Of a DNA stretch of 64,000 nucleotides, positions 30,501 through 40,600 are shown piece after piece; the stretch's first letter is position 1, and the number at the start of each line of letters is the position of its first letter. A model generated the notes under the pieces. That model was not told the origin of the DNA and made no database searches. It worked only from the letters and a program-made list of their open reading frames with translations. Source of the stretch: Sedimentisphaeraceae bacterium JB056 (GTDB lineage: Bacteria > Planctomycetota > Phycisphaerae > Sedimentisphaerales > Sedimentisphaeraceae); the NCBI GenBank assembly GCA_044440125.1, contig JBITAJ010000031.1:1-64000 (forward strand), written 5' to 3'. The translations under genes were made by a program, and so were the position numbers.

Positions 30501-30671
30501 CGCAGAAACACATTCGGTCCGCTCCACCTTGACAGGCCGGATTCAACCGACGGCTTCGGGTTCAGGAAATGGTTCGGTCCAGATGAGTTTGAGACTACTG
30601 GAGATTTGTGGTCGGATGACTATATGCTCATAGAGCAGGGATTATTGAAAAAACCGGTCATTTACGGCTGA
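27582..30671 (+). CDS. Glycoside hydrolase, GH106 (alpha-L-rhamnosidase)-like, no signal peptide
   Basis: FWSWNG, GFGGFFMH, WLYDEDRWPSG, FTDEP, PGIDLL, SELYG, KRDYPAS, PFYSG. Confidence 0.8.
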   Translation: MQNSLVREKFTCPDAALRGKLFWSWNGDLEKDELLRQIKIMKEMGFGGFFMHSRSGLGTEYLGEKWFELINACADEGEKEGMEAWLYDEDRWPSGSAGGLATKEGKYRMKYIRCRTYKNGQYKWDSDDIAVFACKLDDLAFSNCRRIADETELAKAVEEDILAFNIEEMKCDSFYNGQTYLDTMNADAVNHFIELTHEKYKTHCGDKFGKSIKGMFTDEPHRGMIMSTVYNGDSPEWVVPYTPALFDEFKAAFGYDLIERLPELFLLKDGEKVSQVKWHYIEIVERLFLANFAKLTYDWCRDNDLLLTGHILHEDTLTTQTIPCGSVMRYYEYMDYPGIDLLTETNRNYWIVKQLTSAARQLGKKWLLSELYGCSGWQMTLQNYKETGDWQSLFGINLRCPHLSWYTMKGQAKRDYPASIMHQSGWYKEFEAVETYFSRLQLMLMQGEQECEVLVINPVESVWCRIYPGWTSAFSPKDEEIIKIEKSHAALFGWLASSGIDFDYGDEAMLAEMASVENGSSLKVGQASYSTVVVPPLTTMRSSTLEMLNKFAAAGGKVIFAGTPAPYIDALPSQNALLLAESCPQCKFEKEPLVSEILGSIDIPVELKTNGSCDQIFSQIRKDGSKLIITLMNVSVTESFEDVVVRVKHTGSPQIWDCRTGDISGAEFERDGEFIEITADFDPAREMVIVVSDEKLDDNSSQPEELCCCEISQKELSGPFAYSLNEPNVCVLDTAKFKINDGDWQDELEVLKIDRKIREYMGLDKRSGQMIQPWCRDKSLDTTEHIALEFGFSINTMPTEDLILVIEEPHKFDIYLNNDKLESKPLEGFWLDICFSKLSLPLSMLKNGSNTIRIETDYSNSRDIESLYLLGQFGVEIDGTEKALISLPQTLEIGDITAQALPFYSGKIKYIIPEEIASQLSKDSCISLPQIGAACAKITDAKDAEKLMVFKPYSTTLDDLDIGSGLAIELVLGRRNTFGPLHLDRPDSTDGFGFRKWFGPDEFETTGDLWSDDYMLIEQGLLKKPVIYG

Positions 30672-30692
30672 TAAACGACAAAAAACAGCAAC

Positions 30693-30726
30693 AACAGCGT
30701 GGAAATCAAAACCACGCTGTTTTTTT
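30693..30726 (+). terminator. Intrinsic terminator
   Basis: AACAGCGTGG-N9-CCACGCTGTT followed by a T run. Confidence 0.85.
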
Positions 30727-30840
30727 ATGTAAAAACAACAAAAATACTGGTTTTTGCGTTTAATTCTATTAAAATACGGTTTGACACTCTGTGTAATAAG
30801 TTTGAAAATTTGATTGGTTTTAAGTACAAGTTTTGAATAT

Positions 30841-32127
30841 ATGAAGATACCGGCAGTAAAAGGAACCCGTGATTTTTATCCCGAACAAATGCGTCTTCGC
30901 AACTGGATCATTGACGGTTGGAAAGAGGTCTCGCTTCGCAATGGTTTTGAAGAATACGATGGGCCGATATTCGAGTACCTGAAGATGTATCAGCAGAAAA
31001 GCGGCGAGGAAATCGCCGAGCAGCTCTTCTCGTTCGAGGATCGCGGCGGACGTGCCCTGGCAATCCGTCCGGAAATCACCCCTACGTTTGCGAGAATGGT
31101 TAATCAGCAGATCAATACTTTGCCAAAACCGGTAAAATGGTTCTCAGTGCCTCGTGTTTGCCGTGCTGAAAGACCGCAAAAGGGACGCCTGCGTGAGTTC
31201 TTCCAGTGGAACATCGATATTGTCGGCGTTGATGAGATAATAGCCGATGCGGAAGTCATATTCTGCGCAATCGACTACCTTCGTCAATGCGGGCTTGGCA
31301 GCAAGGATGTTGTAGCCAAGGTATCTTCAAGAAAAATGCTTGCGGCAATGCTTGAGGCTATAGGCGTAGCAGAGGATGACCTTGTAGGTGTTTATGCCGT
31401 CCTTGATAAAAGGGCGAAGCTTTCCGATGAGGCATTCGAGGAGATGTTGGCCAAGAAGCTTCAGGACAGCAAACAAAGAGAACTTGTCACGCAAATGATG
31501 AACGCTGAGAATTTTGGCGATCTTGAGAAAATAATCGAACTCCCTGACGAAGCCGCTGCCGCTATCGCAGAAATGAAAGAACTTTTTGAGCTTCTTGACG
31601 CGATGGGTATAGCAGATTACTGCAAATTCGATATCAGTATCGTTCGCGGGCTTGCCTATTATACAGGCGTTGTATTTGAGATACATGACCGCTGCGGAGA
31701 ACTTCGGGCAGTTTGCGGAGGTGGAAGATACGACAATCTGCTCAAGGATTTCGGCGGCCCGGCAATGTCGGCAACAGGAATGGGCATGGGAGACTGTGTG
31801 CTTGAAATTCTGCTTCGAGAAAAAGGTATAATAACGGATCAGATGCAGCGTGAACCGGTTGATTTCTATATAGCGTCTCTCGATGAAGGCATGACCAAAC
31901 CCATCGCAGAACTTGCCGCAAAACTGAGATGTAACGGCAAAAAGGCCGAGTTTGCGTATAAAAAATTGAAAATGAAAAAACTATTGAAGCAAGCCGATGA
32001 ACTAAAGGCCGCAAAATGTATAATACTGGGTCGTGAATTCATTGAGTCAGAAATGCTGGTAGTAAAGGATATGAAAACATCGGAGCAAGAACAGGTAAGC
32101 TACGAACAATTTATAAGTGGTATCTAA
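30841..32127 (+). CDS. hisS: Histidine--tRNA ligase
   Basis: KGTRDF, RPEITP, RAERPQKGRLREFFQ, IVRGLAYYTG, GGGRYDNL. Start at ATG 30841. Confidence 0.96.
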   Translation: MKIPAVKGTRDFYPEQMRLRNWIIDGWKEVSLRNGFEEYDGPIFEYLKMYQQKSGEEIAEQLFSFEDRGGRALAIRPEITPTFARMVNQQINTLPKPVKWFSVPRVCRAERPQKGRLREFFQWNIDIVGVDEIIADAEVIFCAIDYLRQCGLGSKDVVAKVSSRKMLAAMLEAIGVAEDDLVGVYAVLDKRAKLSDEAFEEMLAKKLQDSKQRELVTQMMNAENFGDLEKIIELPDEAAAAIAEMKELFELLDAMGIADYCKFDISIVRGLAYYTGVVFEIHDRCGELRAVCGGGRYDNLLKDFGGPAMSATGMGMGDCVLEILLREKGIITDQMQREPVDFYIASLDEGMTKPIAELAAKLRCNGKKAEFAYKKLKMKKLLKQADELKAAKCIILGREFIESEMLVVKDMKTSEQEQVSYEQFISGI

Positions 32128-32155
32128 TTAAAATTTCATTGAAAAGAGGAGTATT

Positions 32156-32677
32156 ATGAGATTGAATTTTGTTGTTATTTTTGTTGTACTGTCAGTAATA
32201 TGCATAGGTTGTGAAAGACAGTATTCCATACTCACGGAAGAAGGCATAGTAGATATGCCTTTGAGCAAAGCATTAAAAACAGCAAATTCACCACAACAGC
32301 TTTATCCAATGCTGAGTGAAGCAGCTGATCTTGAGGACAGGGAAAAGATCGAGAAGAAAATAGAGGAACTTCAGGGCGTTGAGCTATCAAATGAGCCTCG
32401 CGATTATTGTGACCGTGATGACTACATCGCCGAGCAGTCTCAAAGAAGGATAAAATACGTAAAAAAACATTTTCTTGACGATGAAATGAAAGAAACCATA
32501 CTGTCCGGCAATGTCGTTATTGGCATGACAAAAGAGGAATTCATAGCAAGCCACGGAGAGCCTACAGAAAAGAAAATCGTTGATACAGACCAGGGCAAAG
32601 CCGAGGTATTCATCGAAGGCATGTTCGATAAATGCAGTTATTACTTCATCGACGGCAAGCTCGCTTACTGGTTCTGA
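32156..32677 (+). CDS. Putative lipoprotein with SmpA/BamE-like C-terminal motif
   Basis: GAGGAG RBS, lipobox-like ICIG-C, IGMTKEEFIASHGEP. Confidence 0.65.
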   Translation: MRLNFVVIFVVLSVICIGCERQYSILTEEGIVDMPLSKALKTANSPQQLYPMLSEAADLEDREKIEKKIEELQGVELSNEPRDYCDRDDYIAEQSQRRIKYVKKHFLDDEMKETILSGNVVIGMTKEEFIASHGEPTEKKIVDTDQGKAEVFIEGMFDKCSYYFIDGKLAYWF

Positions 32678-32709
32678 TAAACTGAAATCTGACACAATCT
32701 TGTATTTAT

Positions 32710-33252
32710 ATGTCTAATGTAAAGAAAATAACAGCACCGATTAACAAAGCCGCTATTGAAGATCTCAGAGCAGGCGATGAAGTCTTGATAACGGGAACTA
32801 TATACACCGCAAGGGATATCGCCCATAAACGTCTCTGCGAATCAATCTCACGAAACGAACCACTTCCGTTCGACATTGAAGATGCAGTCATATATTTCGT
32901 AGGCCCGTCCCCTGCCCCGCAAGGAAGAGCGATTGGCTCAGCCGGACCGACAACATCTTCAAGAATGGACCCATTTTCTCCGATCCTCCTTGAGCATGGT
33001 CTGGCGGCCATGATAGGTAAAGGACTCAGAGGCCAAAAGGTAATCGATTCGCTAAAGAAGAATAAAGGTGTGCATTTCAGTGCCATAGGAGGTGCAGGCG
33101 CCCTTCTGAGCAAGGCAATAAAAGCTTCTGAGATTGTAGCGTATGAAGATCTCGGTACAGAAGCAATCAGAAAACTGACGGTTGTTGACTTTCCAGTTGT
33201 TGTAGCTTACGACAGTTACGGCAATACCGTTTACAACGCTTCACTTCAATAA
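32710..33252 (+). CDS. Fe-S hydro-lyase (class I fumarate/tartrate hydratase) beta subunit
   Basis: LRAGDEV, YTARDIAHKRL, AGPTTSSRMD, MIGKG, EDLGTEAI. Confidence 0.9.
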   Translation: MSNVKKITAPINKAAIEDLRAGDEVLITGTIYTARDIAHKRLCESISRNEPLPFDIEDAVIYFVGPSPAPQGRAIGSAGPTTSSRMDPFSPILLEHGLAAMIGKGLRGQKVIDSLKKNKGVHFSAIGGAGALLSKAIKASEIVAYEDLGTEAIRKLTVVDFPVVVAYDSYGNTVYNASLQ

Positions 33253-33308
33253 AACACCGACAAATCATAAGTCTGACCCAATCGAAACCGAAAAACTGAG
33301 ATTTCCTG

Positions 33309-33337
33309 TTGATTTTTGCTTTTCCAGACAATACAAT
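33309..33337 (+). promoter_or_regulatory. sigma70-type promoter of the ferritin-like gene
   Basis: TTGATT-17-TACAAT. Confidence 0.55.
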
Positions 33338-33448
33338 GAGTATTAGTATTTAGGAAGAAGTAAAAATGTCTGCGAGGGGTAGAGTAAGTTTTTTTCATTC
33401 CCCCCTTCGCATTGAATTTATTATTCAGATAGGAAATGGAGAAATACT

Positions 33449-33946
33449 ATGGGTTCAAGAGGAATCGAAATTGTAGGTATGGACGTTAATGAACTGCTGA
33501 TGCTTTTAAACAAGGCTTTTAGTGATGAATGGCTGGCCTATTATCAATACTGGCTTGGTGCAAAAATCGTTAAAGGACCAATGAAAGATGCAGTCATTGC
33601 AGAACTGGAACAACACGCTGCTGAAGAGCTAAGCCACGCACTCCTGCTCTCAGGCAGAATAGTACAGCTTGGCGGAACGCCGGTAACTAACCCACAAGAC
33701 TGGTTCAAACTCACCAATTGTAATTATGAAGACCCGACCGATCCGTACGTAAGGAAGATACTGGAGCAGAATATCAGCGGAGAACAATGTGCGATATCCG
33801 TATACAATGACCTGATGAAAACAACCATGCAGGCAGATCCTGTAACGTACAATATTGCCCTGCAGATAATCGAGCAGGAAGTTGAGCATGAGGAAGACCT
33901 CCAATCGCTGCTTGAAGATCTCGACCTGATGACAAAAGGATGTTAA
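33449..33946 (+). CDS. Ferritin-like DpsL/bacterioferritin-related protein
   Basis: DEWLAYYQYW, HAAEELSHA, RIVQLGG, GEQCAI, DPVTY, EVEHEEDL. Confidence 0.88.
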   Translation: MGSRGIEIVGMDVNELLMLLNKAFSDEWLAYYQYWLGAKIVKGPMKDAVIAELEQHAAEELSHALLLSGRIVQLGGTPVTNPQDWFKLTNCNYEDPTDPYVRKILEQNISGEQCAISVYNDLMKTTMQADPVTYNIALQIIEQEVEHEEDLQSLLEDLDLMTKGC

Positions 33947-34011
33947 ATATCGCTACGGCTCTGTCATGAGTCTGACGGGCTGATAAATCTACGATTTCAA
34001 TCAGATACGAA

Positions 34012-34064
34012 TATTCTGTCCGGACTTAGTGAAGGCATATCCAAAACTAAGTCCGGATAGAATA
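34012..34064. terminator. 19-bp inverted repeat between convergent genes (probable bidirectional terminator or processing stem)
   Basis: TATTCTGTCCGGACTTAGT-N15-ACTAAGTCCGGATAGAATA with one G.U pair. Confidence 0.6.
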
Positions 34065-34103
34065 AGCTTCTTATCGTAACCATATGTAAATTCAATATTC
34101 AGT

Positions 34104-36476
34104 TCAAAATTCTACGCTTAAAGTGTTCTGCCCCTGAGCAACATGAATTTCCAGAAGAGTATCGGTCACACAACCCCACACGTCTGAACCGTTCAACATT
34201 ATTTTACGGGGTTTGTCTGGGAATTTTATACGTAAATCAGTACCGTTGGGATTTTCCACCTCACAACTGAAACTCATCGACTGCCTGGCTTTGGCTGCGG
34301 CAACGGTAACCGGCATATCCGATACAAATTCATAGCTCTCAGCAATTCGAAGCAATGTGCCGTCAATGATCATAAAGCCCTTGAAAAGCTCGTCCTCATA
34401 GGCAACGACTGATAGCGTAGCATTCTGTTTTATATCACCGGTAGAGAATTTCTGTTTTGTCTGTCCACGAAGAATATTCCAGTTTTTATTATCCCTTTGG
34501 ATTTTTATAGTATTTATATTCGGCTCTTCAATTACCGGTAACTGATCATCACTTTTCATCTCGCTTGAACGCGGATACATAACAGTAACAAACTGCCCTG
34601 CCGTAATATCTTCATAAGTCTGTGACAAATAAGTTGATGGGAACCGATAATCCTGATAGCCGCAAACAACACTTCTCTTGCATTCAGATTTTGAAAATGT
34701 TCTCAACTCAAGATCTGTAGTATCTTCATCTTCCCCTGTCCAGTCAACCATCTCGTGCATCGGTTTGCCGCTCTGCCACCATTGAGGATATTTTTCATTC
34801 ATGAACATCTCAATACTCTTTCGGGCATCTGGTATAGTGGGTATTTTTCGGCCATTATCGCCGGGGAAATATGCGGCATCGCCTTGAAGCTTAATTTTAT
34901 GCGAACTGGGTGAATGAAAACGGAACTCAACATCTCCTGCCTGCGGGAGTTCTACATCATCGAGCAAAATCGCAAACTCAGGCATAGCAAATATCACATG
35001 GCGGTTCCACTTATCAACCATCTCACCGTAAGGACCGGCATTTTCAGTAACAACATAATCGAACGCAGGCGTAGAAATAAAACTTTTCATTCGTCCCCCA
35101 TGAGGCAGCTTATCCTGCTTTTGCTGCCCCTGTCCGTTAACAAGCATCACATTGTGTGATATACTTTCTCTAAACCATTCAACAGTGATCGGATCATCAT
35201 AACCGGTCGGTTTTCCAGAGTCAGCTATCAAACGCTCACCATAGGCATTAAAAATAAAGCTCCCGCGGTCGGCGTGTCCGTGATTGCCGAAAAACTTAGG
35301 AGAGCTTATGACACCTAACTGCAAATCCTGCCGTTGCCATCCACTGCGGAAAACCGACCAGCCTGTATTCTTGAAAAACTTCGATCTTTCCAATTCAGTC
35401 AACGACGCCTTTCCCGCATCAGGCTCAAGCCATAAGAATGAAAAGATATCGCCCGGGCCCTTCATGGACGCACGATTATCGTTATTACCGCCGAAACCCG
35501 GCCAATCAAATGAGACGGTTGCCTTGGTAGACTGGCCGCCTATTATGTCTTGACTGACTATCCATGCAATCTGCTGGTGGGCACCTCTTCCGGCAAGTCT
35601 TAACATAACGTGAGGATCGTAGATTCGATTTATACCGGCATCATTAAAATTCAATGTGCTGCGACGATCTGGCGAAAGGCAATATATAAGGAATAATGGA
35701 ACTTGCTCACGAAGCCAATTGTTCTCATAAAGATCAACTCCAAAAACATTATCAACTCCATCCATGAACGGCATAATACTTCTCAGTGACATGTTGCAAT
35801 AATTAACACCTTCACCATATCCCCCGCTCTCACCTTGTGAGTTCATGAATAGTTTTACCCGCATTGCCGCCCGATCTATCCATTCGACGGCATCCGGCCT
35901 TTCTTTCAAGACTGCCATTGCGGCAATTCCCCAGCCGCTGGCAAAAGTCGGCGAATAATTATGCTGTCTGCGCTGCGACCACCAGGCAATAAAGCTGTGC
36001 TTGTAAAGCGGTAAGATTCCGGCATCAACTATTTTTCTGGAAATGGCATCCCGCTCTTGATCTGTAAGAAGATCATAGATCATGTCATACATCAGACCGG
36101 CAGGCCTGCATTTTTCAGACACCTGCAGCTTGGGCGGTTTATTCTCGCTCCAGCTTTTGAGAGCACATAATTCCATCAGCTCCTTTTTGGCAGCCTCACC
36201 ACGTTTAATATCACCGGTAACAGCATATATAAAGGCGTTGGCAACACCATCGGTATCTTTAGCGGCCGATGCGTTTATATTGTCCCATATTCCCTTCCAC
36301 GGTTGATTAACACTTCTATCTCTTAATTCTTCGATATCATCATGATCGAAGAGAATGTAAGGATGCCTCAGTCCATCAATATTAATAGGGTTAAGTATCT
36401 CGGCATTTAAATCAATTTTAAATATCAGAAGGAATACAAATATAACCAACACCAATGTGCGAAGCTTCATGCTCAT
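34104..36476 (-). CDS. Secreted heparinase II/III-family polysaccharide lyase-like protein
   Basis: Signal peptide; HPYILF, HNY, GGYGEGVNY, NFNDA, TGWSVFRSGW, HGHADRGSF, SHNVMLVNG. Start at ATG 36476 after AGGAGAG. Confidence 0.82.
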   Translation of the reverse strand: MSMKLRTLVLVIFVFLLIFKIDLNAEILNPINIDGLRHPYILFDHDDIEELRDRSVNQPWKGIWDNINASAAKDTDGVANAFIYAVTGDIKRGEAAKKELMELCALKSWSENKPPKLQVSEKCRPAGLMYDMIYDLLTDQERDAISRKIVDAGILPLYKHSFIAWWSQRRQHNYSPTFASGWGIAAMAVLKERPDAVEWIDRAAMRVKLFMNSQGESGGYGEGVNYCNMSLRSIMPFMDGVDNVFGVDLYENNWLREQVPLFLIYCLSPDRRSTLNFNDAGINRIYDPHVMLRLAGRGAHQQIAWIVSQDIIGGQSTKATVSFDWPGFGGNNDNRASMKGPGDIFSFLWLEPDAGKASLTELERSKFFKNTGWSVFRSGWQRQDLQLGVISSPKFFGNHGHADRGSFIFNAYGERLIADSGKPTGYDDPITVEWFRESISHNVMLVNGQGQQKQDKLPHGGRMKSFISTPAFDYVVTENAGPYGEMVDKWNRHVIFAMPEFAILLDDVELPQAGDVEFRFHSPSSHKIKLQGDAAYFPGDNGRKIPTIPDARKSIEMFMNEKYPQWWQSGKPMHEMVDWTGEDEDTTDLELRTFSKSECKRSVVCGYQDYRFPSTYLSQTYEDITAGQFVTVMYPRSSEMKSDDQLPVIEEPNINTIKIQRDNKNWNILRGQTKQKFSTGDIKQNATLSVVAYEDELFKGFMIIDGTLLRIAESYEFVSDMPVTVAAAKARQSMSFSCEVENPNGTDLRIKFPDKPRKIMLNGSDVWGCVTDTLLEIHVAQGQNTLSVEF

Positions 36477-36564
36477 CTCTCCTATTTTCACGTTTCTATA
36501 ATAAAGCGTTACAAACTATACTCAAAATATCCTAACTTAATTCGCTGTGGAATTTTCAGCAGTC

Positions 36565-37653
36565 TCAATGAATAGTTTCCCCTTTTTCCTTGAAGTATCC
36601 AAGCCAGCCATTTATGACTGCAGCAGAAATAGTTTTATTCTCATTAGACTTGTATTCTTCAAAGCTTTGTCCCCAATAAAAACTGATCCAACCGTCACAT
36701 ACCTCGCTTGAACGATCAATAAACTCATCGATCTGATCGATCCCGCATTTTAAACCAAACATCTCCTCCACAACCAACGGCTTACCGATATCGTAGACTT
36801 TCAACGCATCTACTGCTTTATCAATCTTACCTGCTTCGGGATAGAAGTGAACACTGACAAAATCAAGCTCAGCAGAAACTGACTTATCATAAAAGAACGG
36901 CTTTGCATTTGGCCACACATGAGCCCACGGTATCACTCCAACCGTCACCATATTCTGACTGTCGTGTTTCCTTATCGCAGATACAAGTTTGTTAATCCAT
37001 GCTCTGGCAATGTCCTTTCCTTTTCTGCCTTCAGTACAAAGCGTTATTCTCTGAACAAAATATTTATCCCCAAGCGGCTTACCTACCAGCCATTCCGTTT
37101 GCTTTCCTCTTGTGGGTATTGCCGGTTCGTTCATCAAATCATAACAAAACACCGCACTGCTTTTGGCCGCAGTCTTGGCAACTGCCTCCCAGAATATGCA
37201 TTGAGCATCCCATCTATCACTCTCACTTAACTGATCATACCACTGGGGAATATCCTGCTTATGATAACAGCCAAGACCGGTTATATTCAAATACAATCCG
37301 TTTTCCTCAGCAAGCTTGAGCAGCTTCGATAATTGGGTAAGAGATTTAGAATTGGGTTGGGTAGGACTATCAAGAAACTTTCCTGTCTGCAGGTGGATGC
37401 GTACAACGTTGGCTCCCAGCTCTTTCATTTCAGCAAAATCACCGCAGACTGTATCCCATTCTTCAACCCAATAGTCCTCAAGAAGCCTTCCTTTCACATC
37501 ATGGTCGTAATTCACTCCCCAAACAACAAACCGCTCTCCTGTTGCTTTATTAACGAAGTCTCTACCATCATCACTGACGATAATATCTTGACCGTAAACA
37601 CAATGATTGAAACCAATGAGAAAAGAAAACAAACCAACAATCAGCCATCTCAT
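36565..37653 (-). CDS. Secreted GH5-like (clan GH-A) glycoside hydrolase
   Basis: GVNY, LGANVVRIH, YDLMNEP (acid/base), DFVSVHFYP, KPLVVEE (nucleophile). Start is either ATG 37653 or GTG 37671 overlapping the upstream stop. Confidence 0.82.
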   Translation of the reverse strand: MRWLIVGLFSFLIGFNHCVYGQDIIVSDDGRDFVNKATGERFVVWGVNYDHDVKGRLLEDYWVEEWDTVCGDFAEMKELGANVVRIHLQTGKFLDSPTQPNSKSLTQLSKLLKLAEENGLYLNITGLGCYHKQDIPQWYDQLSESDRWDAQCIFWEAVAKTAAKSSAVFCYDLMNEPAIPTRGKQTEWLVGKPLGDKYFVQRITLCTEGRKGKDIARAWINKLVSAIRKHDSQNMVTVGVIPWAHVWPNAKPFFYDKSVSAELDFVSVHFYPEAGKIDKAVDALKVYDIGKPLVVEEMFGLKCGIDQIDEFIDRSSEVCDGWISFYWGQSFEEYKSNENKTISAAVINGWLGYFKEKGETIH

Positions 37654-37670
37654 AATCACTATCCCTTTCA

Positions 37671-40600
37671 CTATTCTTGAGAATAATAAAGACTTAATAT
37701 CGTAAGATCCTCCAGATCAACAATACCGTCACCTCCATATTTTGAGATATCACAGGAATTACCTACCCCACCGGCAAGCCAGTTAACAGCGAAAAGCATA
37801 AGATCGTCAGTATCGACTGCTCCGCTTTCATTAAAATCACCAGGCAGAAAATCTTCTTGCCAACTAAGCATAGGGCTGTACCCATCTTTTATCTTCCACA
37901 TGCCCTGAGCGGAGAAATCCCACCCAGCCGCAATGTATACATCAGAGCTTTTCAACTGATCATTATTTAAAGCCCAAGCCACTCCGCTGCCGGTCAAATC
38001 GACTGAGGCATCGTAGAAACAATTCGAAATATTACTGGAATAATCGTAGTAAACAAAAGGAGCAAGGTCCCCTTCGCCTTTAATATCACCTGAGACAAGG
38101 CATCGGTTAATCACCGCACTGTCTGCGACAATCCCAACCAGACCTCCCCCAACTACTGAAGCGTTAACATCACACAGAGAATAGCAGTCCTCAATAACGG
38201 CTGCCGGACCGCTGAGACCTCCAGCGATTCCACCGACCTGTGAAGCACCGCTGACAGAGCCTGTCGCAAAGCAGCCGCTGATTGTCCCAAAGCACCACCC
38301 TGAAAAAGAGCCCGCAAAATTACCGCCGGAGCTGTCAACATCAATATTATACAAACCGAGATTCTGCACTACAGCTCCGGAACCGATAGCACCAAACAAT
38401 CCTGCATAATCACCGCCATTGGTCATTATATTCAGATTGCGTATCTCTTTGCCATTGCCATCAAACTTACCATTAAAAGGCTCGTTGGCGGAAGTACCTA
38501 TTGGTGACATTGCCGTACCGGACATATCAATATGATTCGACAGAAAGAAAAAGCTGTCCCAATCATCAGGCGTCTCTGAAAGGGCAACCAAATCGCCCGC
38601 AACTTCAATAACATAAGGCGATTCAACAGTTCCGATGCCTCCGCTGTATTTACCGGAACCAATACTTAATAAAATAGAGACAGAAAATATATTGTTGTAA
38701 ACGGCATTTAAGTTGAATTGTGTACCAACCCCATCGCTGCCTGTAGTCACCACTCCATCTGTTGATACAACTGCATAACTGCTATCGGCAGACCACTTCA
38801 CTTTATCCGTAATATCTGATTGAGAACCATCAGAAAAGACGGCATTGCAAGTAAAGGAAGTTTGAGAATCAAGCGTAATATCTGCCTGTCCGCTAATGCT
38901 TAATGACTTGATATAAGAATTGCTGTTGTATTGCATCACCGGCATCTCAAGCCTGCCGGGATCATAGACCTGCGTAGTTTGTTCATCGCTTGCCAATGCT
39001 AATGGGTATACGTATTGATAACATTCTTCCGCAGAGACAAACCCGTCACCATCAGTGTCGCCAGCGCCTTTAAGAGCCTCGAGCAGATAGTATGTGAAAG
39101 TTCCATGAGCAAAAGCGGCAGATTCCCAGCTAAGCTCATCATAGTCACTGGCGGTAAGTACTATTCCTCTGCCGTTATCGTCAAGGTCTTTTGTTGAAAT
39201 CACAGACTTATATATATCATCGGCAAAACCATCGCCTTTTAACGTCAGAGATTTACCAATACCTTTGACGCTGTAAGAGGTATCTGAAGACTTTATCATG
39301 CCGCCAGAAAAACAACTGTCAATAAGCACGATGTAATTATCCGTAGGCAGTTGATTAATCCAGTTACCAAAATCATCATCACTGATATTGGTATTATAAG
39401 CAACCAGGCATTCATCTTCTCCATCAGTCTCATCGTATGGATATGAGTCGTTACGAGTTGTTCCGTGGCCGGAATAGAAGAACAAACATACATCATCGCT
39501 GTCGCTTGCAGCAGCCATCGCCAGTATCGAATTACGGATGGCATCATAAGTAGCCTCATCATCAAGTAGCATCGTGATATTTTCTTCTTTCCATAACGGA
39601 TCTTTGAGCAGTTGATTTCTAAGCCCAACCGCATCATTAACCGTATAGCTCAAATCGTTTAGAGTACCGGAATAATCTGCAATACCACAAATAACCGCAT
39701 AATATTCAACTGTTGTTTCAGGAGCCGTCATATTCCTGACAACTACTTCTTTGTCATCTGTTTTATCTTCGTAAGAAGCGGTAACAGTCAGCGTAGTATC
39801 AGCATCAACCTGACCGGAATAAAACGTATCAACACTATCAAACCATCCCCAAGACCCACTGCTCTGCCAATCAGCATCCACAATCATATTCTTGTAATAA
39901 CTGCCTGCCAGACATATAAATTCTGCAATAGAATCTTCATAAACAAAATCAGGGCCAACGGCAAAAATATCTATACTCCCGATTGAAACCCTGACGGAAT
40001 ACGACAGAATAGAACTGTTGCCATAGTAACACTCAACACCTACTGTATAAGTACCAGCAGGCAAAGTTGTGGCAATCTTTGAGAGATAATACCCTGATAC
40101 TCCGGAATCAGGATTATCATCATTAGAATCAATCATCGTTTTATTCGAATCATAAAGAGTAATTATAGTATCAGTATCGCTTCCTATCTCTGTGGAATTC
40201 GTTTCTATTTCCACGTATTCCTCTTGGTAAAGCGTAAATGTTATATAATCATTTTCACCGGCAGGATTGATAGCTCTTATGACAGGCGTCCCGTCTGCTG
40301 TGATCTGAGTGATATTCGAATACAAAGAGTCTGACTCATAAATATCATTGTAACTCATGCTCATTGATGTTATGGATACGCCGGATGTATTATCTACTCT
40401 CTTCGAATAATTCCCGTAAGGATCCGCATAGTCAGCACACTCCTGAGCCGTTATTGTGCCATTATTGTTGGCATCTCCATAACCGCTTAAAGCCTCAAGC
40501 GTCAGGTAGGCAAACGGACTGTTTTTAGCGTATTGATATGCAGGATCATCAAGATATTCATAGTAAGATACGACAGTAAACCCCTCGGCATTGCTGCCGG

